From positions 10,300 to 74,299 of the forward strand of contig CAZUCK010000005.1 of NCBI GenBank assembly GCA_964619505.1: a DNA stretch of 64,000 nt, written 5' to 3'. Source of the DNA: an uncultured Fimbriimonas sp. (GTDB lineage Bacteria > Armatimonadota > Fimbriimonadia > Fimbriimonadales > Fimbriimonadaceae). The notes below the pieces were generated by a model. That model was given only the letters and a program-made list of their open reading frames with translations. It was not told the DNA's origin and made no database searches. Both the position numbers and the translations under genes were made by a program. Shown here in pieces: positions 17,531 to 27,632 of this stretch (its first letter is position 1; each line of letters opens with the position of its first letter).

Positions 17531-19366
17531 GTGGCGACAAGTCGCAACGTTTCGTATACTTTTCTCATGCGCCTTCCCGCCTGTTTGGCCCTCCTCTGCT
17601 TCTGCGTGTGCGCTTTTGCCCAGACGTTCGATAAGTCGTCTCCGCCAAACCACGAGCCCTTGCCAACCATCAATCCGATGCATTTGAACGTAGGCGGCAC
17701 CGCGGTGGACCTTACGTTCAGCTTTGAGGATCAGGGGACCGTTTGGACGACTGGTGACGTGTGCTCTCATCCGTGCCTGGGTCACAAGCACGCGCTTCAC
17801 GAGCAATGCAACCTCTCTTGTGACGGGCCTTGCACCGCCCTGCACGCGTTTCTTCGCGAAACGAAGATTTCGATGAACAGCGCACCCTTTTCGGACCAGT
17901 TGCACAAGCAGATCGGTGCCGGTGCCGACGCATCTGCCGCTTCCATCGCGCGGAGCGTCGCAATGATCGCTTCATCTACGATCTCGGGAGCCAATCTCAG
18001 TATCGACTATCGAAGCAAGCACTACAACACGACCCCTTGCAGCAGTCAGGAGCGCGAATTCCCTTCGCGCATCTACAAGATCAATGCGAACTGGACCGCG
18101 TCGGGCCAAACGACCACCTCGGGGATCGGCTACATGGGCGTCCCGGAAAGGGGCTTTCGTGACACCACTCCCATGGTCGCTTGTATGTGCAGCTTAGTCA
18201 GGGTCGAGATGCCCACTCGCACGGCAACCCTTACAAACATCAAGGGCCAGACTGGGCTGCAATATCCGAACTACGGAGAGTGGCGCGGCGGCATGTATTG
18301 CGGCACCGCGTTCGGCGCTCACCTCGGCACCACGCAGGAACAAGAGAATTACGGAATCGGGTTCAAAGTGCCTGACATGAACCATTTCATCATCACTGGT
18401 CAGAACAGCACCAACGAAATGGTGAATCTTGTGATCCCGCCAGGCACCATCTTACGGTCGGGCAATCCTAAGTATCAGTCGGTCGTGACGGTGGAACCCG
18501 TGATGATGAACCTTCCGCCCCATAACTTTATGACGATGACCTTCAACATCGATCACGGGCCGCTGGGGGCGGACGAGGGCGAGCAAAATGCGAATGGCCG
18601 CGTGCAGTGCATAAACATGAATCTGCTCGCCCCCCAGGAGGATGTGCCGTTCACGATGGAGGGCCCAAGCAACCCCGTGCTGAGTCTCCTCGCCAATTAC
18701 TTCTCCCATGAGAACTTCAAGGGCCCCTTGGGGCAGGTCCGGACTTGGATCGTGACCGACCGAGCCTCCATGGACGAACAGCGCAAGCATTTGATTCCAG
18801 GTCCCAATGAGAGCGGATACCTCAGCGCCCTTTACATCGTTGAACATGTCGGAGGGCTTGACCTGGGCCAGCCCGAGTACAAGAATCTTCTGGAGCCAAA
18901 GCTTGTCTCTGGGCCATTCGTAACGGAGGAGGCGGTCGACTGGTTTGTCGAGAAGATGAGTCATATCGACGCGAAGGGTCTCGCCCAGTGGATCAAGCAA
19001 AACCCGAACGGTTTCCAGCGGCTGTGGCAACCGGACAATGGACAGTACGGTCCGGAACATGCGGGGCAGTTGGCGTCGGCACTTTGCGGAAGTTGGAACG
19101 AAGATTTGCAAGAATCCGGCCTTGACTTTCTTGCCAACATCGTCCCCGAGGATCAGAGAGCAAAGCTGCTCAAAACGAATATCACGGCTGCGGTCGGTGG
19201 GGTTCTGTTGACAGGAAAACCTGGGCTCGCCGTCAGGGCCCTTGACGTCATCGCCCTGTATAAGGACAAGGCGTCAGCGGCCTTCCTCGCCAGCGTATCG
19301 GCAAATGCGCCGCAAGACGTTAAGGATCGGGCCGCCGATCTCCTGAAGCAATCCCAGGGCTGGTAG
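17531..19366 (+). CDS. large secreted hypothetical protein (Cys/His-rich N-terminal region, HEAT-like C-terminus); no recognisable family
   Basis: A 611-codon ORF with coding-like composition. GTG 17531 is preceded by GAAGG. Signal-like MRLPACLALLCFCVCAFAQ (alternative ATG start at 17567). No motifs I can assign. Confidence 0.6.
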   Translation: MATSRNVSYTFLMRLPACLALLCFCVCAFAQTFDKSSPPNHEPLPTINPMHLNVGGTAVDLTFSFEDQGTVWTTGDVCSHPCLGHKHALHEQCNLSCDGPCTALHAFLRETKISMNSAPFSDQLHKQIGAGADASAASIARSVAMIASSTISGANLSIDYRSKHYNTTPCSSQEREFPSRIYKINANWTASGQTTTSGIGYMGVPERGFRDTTPMVACMCSLVRVEMPTRTATLTNIKGQTGLQYPNYGEWRGGMYCGTAFGAHLGTTQEQENYGIGFKVPDMNHFIITGQNSTNEMVNLVIPPGTILRSGNPKYQSVVTVEPVMMNLPPHNFMTMTFNIDHGPLGADEGEQNANGRVQCINMNLLAPQEDVPFTMEGPSNPVLSLLANYFSHENFKGPLGQVRTWIVTDRASMDEQRKHLIPGPNESGYLSALYIVEHVGGLDLGQPEYKNLLEPKLVSGPFVTEEAVDWFVEKMSHIDAKGLAQWIKQNPNGFQRLWQPDNGQYGPEHAGQLASALCGSWNEDLQESGLDFLANIVPEDQRAKLLKTNITAAVGGVLLTGKPGLAVRALDVIALYKDKASAAFLASVSANAPQDVKDRAADLLKQSQGW

Positions 19367-19428
19367 CGAGCCGTTTTGCCTCCCAGAGGATCGCTTGTTG
19401 TAAACTTGGTCGCAGGGAGCAAAGGGGC

Positions 19429-20397
19429 TTGGACAAACATCAACATCTGGATTTCTTGGGCGTAACGGAAGCGGCTGCGTTGGGATGCGCGCCTTGGGTT
19501 GGCAAGGGAGACCGGCACAATGCGGATCAAGCCGCTTGCGAGGCCATGCGTCGTCGGCTGAACGACATGGACATTTGCGGAACTATCGTCATCGGTGAAG
19601 GCGAGCGCGACGAGGCGCCCATGCTCTACATCGGCGAGAAGCTTGGCGCGGGAGATGGGCCAAACATCCAGATTGCGGTGGATCCACTTGAAGGCACAAA
19701 CCTTTGTGCCAACGGGACTCCCAACGCGATTTCGGTCTTGGCGGCCGCCGTTGAAGGCGAAGGCTTCTTAATGCACGCACCGGACTGTTACATGGATAAG
19801 TTGGTGGTGGGCAAAGAGTGCATTGGCGTCATCGACATCACGGTGCCTCCACGAGTCAATGTTCGCATGATGGCGAAGGCTCTCGGCAAGGATGTAGACG
19901 AGTTGATCATCGGCGTTCTGGACCGCCCCCGACACGAGGCTCTCATCCAAGAGATTCGCGACGCTGGGGCCAGAGTGCACTTGGTCCCGGACGGCGATCT
20001 TTCGGTGGCCATTGCGGCCCTGGACCCCGACGCGGGAATCGACGGCTTAATGGGCATCGGCGGTGCGCCGGAAGGTGTGATTACTGCCGCCGCCGTTCAA
20101 TGTTATGGCGGCGAGATGCAAGCAACACTGCAGTTTCCCCGTGAGGATCAGCGAGCCAGAGCCATGCAAATGGTCGGCGGTGACTTGGGGCGAGTGTTTA
20201 GGACGGAAGATCTGGCCCGCGGGAGCGTTTACTTCGCGGCGACCGGCGTCACCTCCGGCGACCTATTGAAGGGCGTGCGGTACCGTCGAGGATACGCGTT
20301 GACGGAATCGATCATCATGCGCTCGGCGGAAGGCACCATCCGGAGAATCGAGACGATCCATCGTCACGCCGGCGAGGCCGGCTACACCCCGATTTAG
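19429..20397 (+). CDS. glpX: class II fructose-1,6-bisphosphatase
   Basis: LDFLGVTEAAALGCAPWVGKGDRHNADQAACEAMRRRLN...VIGEGERDEAPMLYIGE...VDPLEGT is the GlpX pattern. TTG start. Confidence 0.92.
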   Translation: MDKHQHLDFLGVTEAAALGCAPWVGKGDRHNADQAACEAMRRRLNDMDICGTIVIGEGERDEAPMLYIGEKLGAGDGPNIQIAVDPLEGTNLCANGTPNAISVLAAAVEGEGFLMHAPDCYMDKLVVGKECIGVIDITVPPRVNVRMMAKALGKDVDELIIGVLDRPRHEALIQEIRDAGARVHLVPDGDLSVAIAALDPDAGIDGLMGIGGAPEGVITAAAVQCYGGEMQATLQFPREDQRARAMQMVGGDLGRVFRTEDLARGSVYFAATGVTSGDLLKGVRYRRGYALTESIIMRSAEGTIRRIETIHRHAGEAGYTPI

Positions 20398-20536
20398 ATT
20401 CCGGTTGGTCGATGGCTCAAAGGCATTGTAAGTGCACCAAGTCGGCCCCTTGGCTGCCCCCTTTAGCCCCCATGGCGAACACACAGGCTAAAATATCCGT
20501 TACCTTATTGGCAGCGATTCGCAAAGGGAGTGTTTT

Positions 20537-21322
20537 ATGCCGCGTTCGATATGGAACGGAGTGATCAGTTTTGGGCTCGTCAGCATCCCGGTGGGTCTCT
20601 ATTCGGCCGTACAAGAAAAGGACATCCGCTTCAACCAGCTTCATAAGCCCTGCGGTTCGCGGATCAAGCAGCAAAAGTTCTGTCCGACCTGCGAGAAGGT
20701 GGTTGAGGCGGATGAAATCGAACGCGGATTTGAACTCAGCAAGGCTCATTACGTCGTCGTCGACGACGCAGATTTTGAAGCTTTGCCGGTGCCGTCGAAG
20801 CACACGATCGAGGTGACGTCGTTTGTGAAGGCGGAAGAAGTGGATCCGATCTACTTTGATCAAACCTATTACCTCGAGCCTTCCGATGCCGGCAAGAAAC
20901 CGTTGGCCCTTTTGATGCGGGCTTTGGAGGAGAAGCAGGTCATCGCCGTCGCGAAAGTCGCGCTCAGAAACAAGGAGAACCTCTGCCTCCTGCGCTCGAC
21001 CAAAGGTGGAGTGGTTCTCGAGACGCTTTACTGGCAGGACGAGATTCGAAAACCCGAAGAGACAAACCTCGAAGGAATCAAGATCGACGAGCGGGAATTG
21101 AAGATGGCTGAGAGCCTTGTGGACCTCCTCGCCGGAGATTTTCACCCGGAGGAATTCCAGGACACCTACCGCGCCGCACTCATGGAGCGAATTGAGGCGA
21201 AGCAGCACGGTGGACAGTTGACTGTGGCGCCCGAACCGAAGGAAGCCAGGGTGGTGAACCTGATGGACGCCCTGAAGGCCAGCCTAGAACAGGCTCAGAA
21301 AGACAAGGCGAAGAGCGGGTGA
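20537..21322 (+). CDS. ku: non-homologous end joining protein Ku
   Basis: MPRSIWNGVISFGLVSIPVGLYSAVQE..., YYLEP and a basic C-terminal tail are characteristic of bacterial Ku. Confidence 0.95.
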   Translation: MPRSIWNGVISFGLVSIPVGLYSAVQEKDIRFNQLHKPCGSRIKQQKFCPTCEKVVEADEIERGFELSKAHYVVVDDADFEALPVPSKHTIEVTSFVKAEEVDPIYFDQTYYLEPSDAGKKPLALLMRALEEKQVIAVAKVALRNKENLCLLRSTKGGVVLETLYWQDEIRKPEETNLEGIKIDERELKMAESLVDLLAGDFHPEEFQDTYRAALMERIEAKQHGGQLTVAPEPKEARVVNLMDALKASLEQAQKDKAKSG

Positions 21323-21383
21323 GGGGTCGGTCCCTGCGGTGTTCCGTTTGACACTTATCGTGAGCTGAGCGGCAGCACCGTCG

Positions 21384-24053
21384 ATGCCCAAGAACTACGA
21401 AGAAAAGCGTGACTTTGACAAGACCCCAGAGCCTAAGGGGGCTCCTGAGCGGATTGGCGGTGGACCCCTTCGCTTCGTCGTTCAGAAGCATGCGGCGCGA
21501 AACCTGCACTACGATCTGAGGCTGGAAATCGATGGAGCGCTGGCTTCTTGGGCGGTCCCAAAAGGACCATCTCTGAATCCAAAGGACAAGCATCTTGCCG
21601 TTCACGTTGAAGATCACCCGCTCTCGTACGCTTCCTTTGAGGGGCAGATACCGAAGGGCGAGTATGGGGGCGGCGAGATCATCGTGTGGGACCAAGGCGT
21701 GTACTCGCCAGATGACTATGGCAAGCTTTCCTGGGACGACCGCGTCGAAGCAAATGATCGGATGCGCGACGGTGTGAAAAAGGGCAAGCTCTCGTTCACC
21801 TTAAGGGGCACCAAGCTGAATGGCTCCTGGACGCTGGTGAAAACGGCGCGCTCAGAGAACGAATGGCTCCTCATCAAACACAAGGACGAGAATGTCTCCG
21901 AAACGCGAGACATTTTGAAAGAGGATCGGTCAGTTCTCTCGGGACGAACTGTGGAAGACGTTGCCGCTGGGCGTGACGGCTCAAAGGTGGAACTCGATTT
22001 GCGGGAGGTCGTCGGCGCGGTCCAAGCGGCGATGCCCAGGAGATTGGATCCGATGACGGCCACCGAAGTCGAGAAGCCGTTCACCAAGCAAGGGTGGCTG
22101 TTCGAGGTGAAGTTGGACGGAATCCGGGTTCTCGCCATCGTTGAGAACCGTCGCGTCAAGTTGCTCTCAAGGAATGCCAAGGACATCACGGCCAAATTTC
22201 CCGCCCTTGTCCGCGAACTGGCCGCTTTTCCACACGACACGTTCATCCTCGATGGAGAGGTGGTGATCTACGACGAGAAGGGCGTTCCCAGTTTTCAAGG
22301 CTTGATGGAGAGGTTCCAGCGTACCAACCCGCGTGAAATCGACCGGTGGGACCAAGTCGCTCCTGTCGAATACTGCGTCTTTGACCTCCTGTTTCTGGAC
22401 GGCTGGGACCTTCGCCAGGCGCCATTGTCGGAGCGCCGGAATCTGCTGGTGGAGGCCGGTTTTCGCGGCGCCTCGACTCGAGTCATGGATGCGTTCCCTA
22501 CAGAGGGCGAGCTTGTTTTTGAGCAAGCTAAGGCGATGGGTTTCGAAGGGGTGGTCGCCAAGAAGTTGGACTCGCGATACAAGGAGGGCACCCGCAGTCA
22601 GAACTGGGTGAAGATCAAGGGCTATCACTCGGATGATTTCTTTGTAGCCGGTTACACCAAAGGTGAAGGGATGCGGCGTTCAACCTTCGGCTCCCTGATC
22701 CTCGGTTCCTACGAAAATGGAACGTTGGTCTATCAGGGCAACGTGGGTGGCGGCTTTTCGGACGCGATGCTCGAAGAACTCCGGGCAATACTGGATGAGA
22801 TCCGCTCCGACGACAATCCCTTCGGCGGACCCATTTCCGCCGAAGGCGAAATTCATTGGGTGCAACCAAAGCTGTGCGCTGAAGTCCAATATATGACCCG
22901 AACGCGAGAAGGGCGGTTGCGATTCCCTGTGTTTTTGAGGCTGAGACCTGATGTGATCTTGTCTGAGCCTCCGCGGTCGGAGGCTGCCGTGGCGCAGGGA
23001 AACGACGTTGAGTCCATCTTGGAACAGCTTGGCCAACCGAAGAATGACATTGTTGTGACCGTAGAGGGCGAACAGATTCGGTATTCCAGTTTGGACAAAG
23101 TGCTCTGGCCTGCGCACGAAAGCCATCCCGCGGTCACGAAGCGAGATTTGGCCGTGTACTATGCGAAGATTTCTCAGCACATGCTTCCGCACCTGAAGGA
23201 TCGGCCCCTTTCATTTGTACGATGTCCTGACGGGATCACGGGCGAGCACTTTTTCCAGAAGCATTATGAGAAAGGGCTTCCCGACTTTGTCGACGAGGTT
23301 GCGATTTGGTCCTCCCACAATAAGAAGTCGCCGAATTACGTGATGGTGAACAACTTGCCGACACTGATGTGGCTGGCCCAGGTGGCGACGCTTGAGATTC
23401 ACCCATGGTATTCGCGGGTTGACCCCGAACCGGACGCTCGAGACCTGCCGACCGTCTCGTCAGGTTCAGAGGAAGCTCTGGATGCGTCGGTGTTGAACTA
23501 CCCCGATTTCATGGTGGTGGATTTGGACCCCAATGTTCACTCGGGAAAGGAAAAACCTGGAGCAGAACCCGAAGTCAACGAAGCAGGCTTCAAAATGGCG
23601 GTTGAAGCGGCGCTTGGTTTCAAGCAGGTGCTTGACGACATGAAGCTGACCGGTTACCTTAAGACTTCAGGCAAGACGGGCCTCCACGTCTATATTCCCA
23701 TTGCAAGGAACCTGACTTACGACGTCGTCAGACCACTATGTGAAGTGTTCGGGCGGCATCTGATGCAAAATATGCCTGACATCATCACGATGGAATGGGT
23801 CGTCAGTAAGCGGCCCAACAAGATCTTCTTCGATCATAACCAAAACGTCCGCGGGAAGACGTTGGTGAGCATATTCTCTCCGAGGCCAGTCCCAGGCGCA
23901 CCGGTGTCCATTCCCATTGAGTGGAGCCAGTTGAAGAACGTCTATCCGATGCAACACACGCTTCACAGCGTGCCCGCCTCCCTTGCAAAAGTGGGAGATC
24001 GCTGGCGTGACATCCTTGAGCGAAAGCAAGATCTGCATTCCCTGCTTTCTTAG
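21384..24053 (+). CDS. ligD: multidomain ATP-dependent DNA ligase LigD (phosphoesterase - ligase - polymerase/primase)
   Basis: N-terminal PE domain (FVVQKHAARNLHYDLRLE), ligase motif I (EVKLDGIR), and a C-terminal LigD polymerase domain (YLKTSGKTGLHVYIP). Lies 61 nt after ku. Confidence 0.95.
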   Translation: MPKNYEEKRDFDKTPEPKGAPERIGGGPLRFVVQKHAARNLHYDLRLEIDGALASWAVPKGPSLNPKDKHLAVHVEDHPLSYASFEGQIPKGEYGGGEIIVWDQGVYSPDDYGKLSWDDRVEANDRMRDGVKKGKLSFTLRGTKLNGSWTLVKTARSENEWLLIKHKDENVSETRDILKEDRSVLSGRTVEDVAAGRDGSKVELDLREVVGAVQAAMPRRLDPMTATEVEKPFTKQGWLFEVKLDGIRVLAIVENRRVKLLSRNAKDITAKFPALVRELAAFPHDTFILDGEVVIYDEKGVPSFQGLMERFQRTNPREIDRWDQVAPVEYCVFDLLFLDGWDLRQAPLSERRNLLVEAGFRGASTRVMDAFPTEGELVFEQAKAMGFEGVVAKKLDSRYKEGTRSQNWVKIKGYHSDDFFVAGYTKGEGMRRSTFGSLILGSYENGTLVYQGNVGGGFSDAMLEELRAILDEIRSDDNPFGGPISAEGEIHWVQPKLCAEVQYMTRTREGRLRFPVFLRLRPDVILSEPPRSEAAVAQGNDVESILEQLGQPKNDIVVTVEGEQIRYSSLDKVLWPAHESHPAVTKRDLAVYYAKISQHMLPHLKDRPLSFVRCPDGITGEHFFQKHYEKGLPDFVDEVAIWSSHNKKSPNYVMVNNLPTLMWLAQVATLEIHPWYSRVDPEPDARDLPTVSSGSEEALDASVLNYPDFMVVDLDPNVHSGKEKPGAEPEVNEAGFKMAVEAALGFKQVLDDMKLTGYLKTSGKTGLHVYIPIARNLTYDVVRPLCEVFGRHLMQNMPDIITMEWVVSKRPNKIFFDHNQNVRGKTLVSIFSPRPVPGAPVSIPIEWSQLKNVYPMQHTLHSVPASLAKVGDRWRDILERKQDLHSLLS

Positions 24054-24059
24054 GAGTGC

Positions 24060-25598
24060 TCACCTAAGCCGCTGGCTGGCGTCTTCGACCGCTTCAACGG
24101 TTTTAGCGACAAGCGCTTCCGTACCGGGCTTTGCCGCAGGGTCTGCAAGATCAATGAACTCAGCCATTGAAAGCACATGACCCCGATTGGCGTCCTTTCC
24201 CCAAGAGACATGCGTACGCGAGACTTCATCCAGGAGCAAATACATGCACATCCGAAAGCAGTTGGCGAGGAAAGTCCGATATCGCAATCTTGCGGAGGGA
24301 TCTTTAGGCTCGGTGAGAATGTGCTTGCCATTCCTCAGGAGCCCGCTGTAGTCCAGAACGAAATGTTGGGGCGACCGCGAGTTCCAGGCTTCCGGCACAA
24401 AGGACTCCGTTATGATCTTCTTCGTCTCGAAGAATGCATTGTGGGTTGGATAGGGGCCGTCGTCCCAGAGTGTTTGGCATAGATACTCACCGCTCTGCGA
24501 TTTTCGATCGAAGGAGATTCGCTGCAACCCTTGATCCATGAGCCAACCAAGCCACAGCCACGAAAGGCGAATGTCTTTGAGCTGTTGATCGGGGGAGGGG
24601 CCACCAGATTTCTTTAAGATGATCTCTTGTGGGAAGCCCAACGATTCGAGGTCTCCGCCGGCGTACTGTCGGGCGAGGTCGCCGAAATCCCACATGGGAT
24701 TGGGCAACAGGGGCTCAGAGTGGCTTCCAAACAGCACCGGGGGTCGCGGCTTGATTTCTAATCCGAGCAGCCTCTTCCTTTCAATGTGCTGCGCAATGAG
24801 CGTCGATTTGAATTTGTCAAAAGCCGTTTGAGCCGCCGGAGTAGGGGGAGCCAGTACCGATCGCTTGTCCACCTCAAGAAGCATTGCCCAAAGGTTCTCG
24901 TCCGAGGGGTCCGCCAAATAGTGGTCCTCGACGGTGAAAAAAGTGGCACGTTCTGCATCAGTCGCTCGACGCGGAAGGTCCGGGAGCCACTGGGCGATGC
25001 TGGCATGTTGCTGCCCGTGGAAAACGTCCTCGGACAACCTATTCATCTGAATTCCAATTCTTAGGCCCCAAGGATCCAAAGCCAGAATTTCATTCTTGGC
25101 ATTGACCGCCTGCGACAAGGACTCGATCCTGCCATAGGTGAGGCTGGGCAAACGGGCCTGCAGTTCCTCGGAAAAGGCGGCGTCGCGCGCTTGGGGAGTG
25201 TCGCCAGGCAATACGGCACCTCCCGGCTGCAGAGGGCGATCATTCATTGGATCGCGGAGTCTCTTGATCCCATATTTCTCACGGTCAAGATGAATGAGGC
25301 TTACAATGCGATCGGCGTCCTCTGGACCTACATGCATTGCCGCCCTCCGCTTGATGGTGGCGTCGCTGAAATCATACACGGCGAGCTCTAGCCCGTCCGG
25401 ACCGTGGCAAGAAGCGCATGCGCTGCCGTCTACAAAACCTGCCTTTCGCCAGGCGGCGATTCCTTGGAGGTATGGGCTTTCGGCTGAAACCTCTTGGAAC
25501 TGCGACGGCCGTGCAGTCACAATCTGCGAGCTCAGTATCCATGGCACGAGGCTGAGAGTGGCCACCAGCATAAATCGCGTCGCGAATGGGTTTGGCAT
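24060..25598 (-). CDS. secreted hypothetical protein with one N-terminal c-type haem motif (CxxCH)
   Basis: Signal-like MPNPFATRFMLVATLSLVPWILSSQIVTA, then GSACASCHGPDGLEL (CxxCH). The remaining ~430 aa have no family I can recognise. Confidence 0.65.
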   Translation of the reverse strand: MPNPFATRFMLVATLSLVPWILSSQIVTARPSQFQEVSAESPYLQGIAAWRKAGFVDGSACASCHGPDGLELAVYDFSDATIKRRAAMHVGPEDADRIVSLIHLDREKYGIKRLRDPMNDRPLQPGGAVLPGDTPQARDAAFSEELQARLPSLTYGRIESLSQAVNAKNEILALDPWGLRIGIQMNRLSEDVFHGQQHASIAQWLPDLPRRATDAERATFFTVEDHYLADPSDENLWAMLLEVDKRSVLAPPTPAAQTAFDKFKSTLIAQHIERKRLLGLEIKPRPPVLFGSHSEPLLPNPMWDFGDLARQYAGGDLESLGFPQEIILKKSGGPSPDQQLKDIRLSWLWLGWLMDQGLQRISFDRKSQSGEYLCQTLWDDGPYPTHNAFFETKKIITESFVPEAWNSRSPQHFVLDYSGLLRNGKHILTEPKDPSARLRYRTFLANCFRMCMYLLLDEVSRTHVSWGKDANRGHVLSMAEFIDLADPAAKPGTEALVAKTVEAVEDASQRLR

Positions 25599-25702
25599 GG
25601 CCTTGATCCTTAGAGTGTAGCAAACGACGTGGCTTCAAGCGTGCTGAAGCTCCGCACTCGAAACGACCGCCGCGTCTTGAACATCGGGTTCGGGGTCTTA
25701 CA

Positions 25703-27625
25703 TTGAGCGAGAAGGGGACCAGACCCAAATGGAAAGTCGTGATACCATTGGAATTGAACATGGAGATCAAAGGCGTTGAACTGCCGATGGGTGGCACGCC
25801 AGTCGATGAACGCGACGCAAGCGATGGGGAGAACCTGACTCCAGACGAGAAATGCGTTGCCATGGTTGGCTTGAATAGTCGCGGAAAGATCGTCAGTCTT
25901 GACGAAGCCGCCGAAAAAATTCTCGGATGTAAGTCTGAAGAAGCGATGGGTTGTTCGGCCCTCGTCGGCCCTCGAGAAGATTTGTCCGACGGCGAAAGCA
26001 CAGAACCATTCCTCAATGAGCATGGGCGGCAAGCTGAAGAGCGGTGCAGGGCATTGGTCGCCGCCATGACCTCGATCATTTGGGAATCGAATGCCGCGGG
26101 TGAGTTCGTCGTTCGACAAGAATCCTGGGAGAGCTTTACGGGGCAGACCTGGGACGAATATCGGGGCAGGGGCTGGCTGAAAGCCCTCCATCCGCTGGAT
26201 CTTTCGCGCTTGAGCAAGGCATGGATCAACGGTCTGCGAAATCGTAGGACGGAAATCTACGAGGCTCGACTCTGGCACGCACCGACGAAGGAGTATCGCT
26301 ACATCGTCACCAGGGCCGTGCCCATGATGAATGCCGACGGATCCGTTTCCGAATGGGTGGGCACGATCACAGATATCCATGACAGGAAGTGCGCTGAGGA
26401 GCGTTCGAAGTTTATGTTGGCGCTCAATGATCGCATTCGCGCCTCAGATACGGCCGACGAGATTCTCTACGCAGTCGTTCGCGCATTGGGCGAACAATTG
26501 CGCCTTAGCAGATGCGCTTATGGGCAAATCGACACCGAAAACGGCCTGTGCATCATCCATGACGACTATGCAAAGGACGTGCCTTCGATAACCGGTCAAC
26601 GCCCGCTCGGAGAAACGAGACCAGACCTCTTGGCGTCCTTACGGGCCGGTGAAGTCATGGTCATTGAAGACGTCCGCCTCGACCCGCGAACTGCGGATGC
26701 ACCGGAATCAAATTTCAGACCTGCAGACGTTAGGTCCATGATTGTGATCCCGGTCACAAAAGGTGGTGCGCTCCAGGGGCTGTTCACCCTTCAGGACCTC
26801 AACGTCCGTATGTGGACACAGCAGGAACTCCATTTGGCAACCGAAGCGGCCGACCGGGCCTGGTTTGCCATACAGGCCCTGCAAAATGCGCTTGCTATCA
26901 AGCAATTGAACGCCGACCTCGAACGGAGGGTGGCCGCGCGCACCGCGGAACTGGAGGCGGCGAACCGCGAAATGGAGGGATTCACCTACACCGTCTCGCA
27001 CGACTTGAGAGGGCCCCTTAGAGCGATCATGTCTTCGAGCATGATCCTGATGGAGGATTACGGAGACCGCGTCGAAGGCGAGGAACGAAGATTGCTCGAG
27101 CGTCAAGCGAGCGCAGCGAAGAAGCTGGGCCAAATCATCGACGACGTCTTGAAGCTTTCCCGCCTCGGCAGGGCTGAGATCCACAAGACGACTTTCAACT
27201 TGTCGGTCCTTGCGCAGGAAGTTGCGACCGAGATTGGAGGGCAAGACGCAGAGCAGCGACTCGTGTTACAGGTTGACGAGGAGTTGACGGCCGTTGGAGA
27301 CCCGCAACTTATGAAGCTGGCCCTTCAGAATCTCTTGGAGAACTCACTAAAGTTTGCCAAACCTGCGACCGTGGCTCACGTCAGGCTCGAGCGGCGTATA
27401 GAGAACAACCGCGAGCTTTTCACTGTGGCGGACGATGGCATTGGTTTTGACCAGCAGTACGTTGAAAAGATCTTTGTCCCGTTCGAAAGGCTGCACCGCG
27501 ACGAAGAGTATCCAGGCACCGGCATCGGACTTGCCAACGTGAAGCGCATCGTCGAGCGGCATGGCGGGAAGATCTGGGCCGAGGGTCATCCCGGCGTGGG
27601 TGCAACGTTCTATTTCACCTTGTGA
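25703..27625 (+). CDS. PAS/PAS/GAF sensor histidine kinase (cytoplasmic, orphan)
   Basis: H-box FTYTVSHDLRGPLRAI. N/G boxes (LLENSLKFA; DDGIGFD; GTGIGLANVKRIVERHGG). Upstream PAS-like and GAF-like segments. No transmembrane helices seen. TTG start. Confidence 0.88.
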   Translation: MSEKGTRPKWKVVIPLELNMEIKGVELPMGGTPVDERDASDGENLTPDEKCVAMVGLNSRGKIVSLDEAAEKILGCKSEEAMGCSALVGPREDLSDGESTEPFLNEHGRQAEERCRALVAAMTSIIWESNAAGEFVVRQESWESFTGQTWDEYRGRGWLKALHPLDLSRLSKAWINGLRNRRTEIYEARLWHAPTKEYRYIVTRAVPMMNADGSVSEWVGTITDIHDRKCAEERSKFMLALNDRIRASDTADEILYAVVRALGEQLRLSRCAYGQIDTENGLCIIHDDYAKDVPSITGQRPLGETRPDLLASLRAGEVMVIEDVRLDPRTADAPESNFRPADVRSMIVIPVTKGGALQGLFTLQDLNVRMWTQQELHLATEAADRAWFAIQALQNALAIKQLNADLERRVAARTAELEAANREMEGFTYTVSHDLRGPLRAIMSSSMILMEDYGDRVEGEERRLLERQASAAKKLGQIIDDVLKLSRLGRAEIHKTTFNLSVLAQEVATEIGGQDAEQRLVLQVDEELTAVGDPQLMKLALQNLLENSLKFAKPATVAHVRLERRIENNRELFTVADDGIGFDQQYVEKIFVPFERLHRDEEYPGTGIGLANVKRIVERHGGKIWAEGHPGVGATFYFTL

Positions 27626-27632
27626 GGACTGG

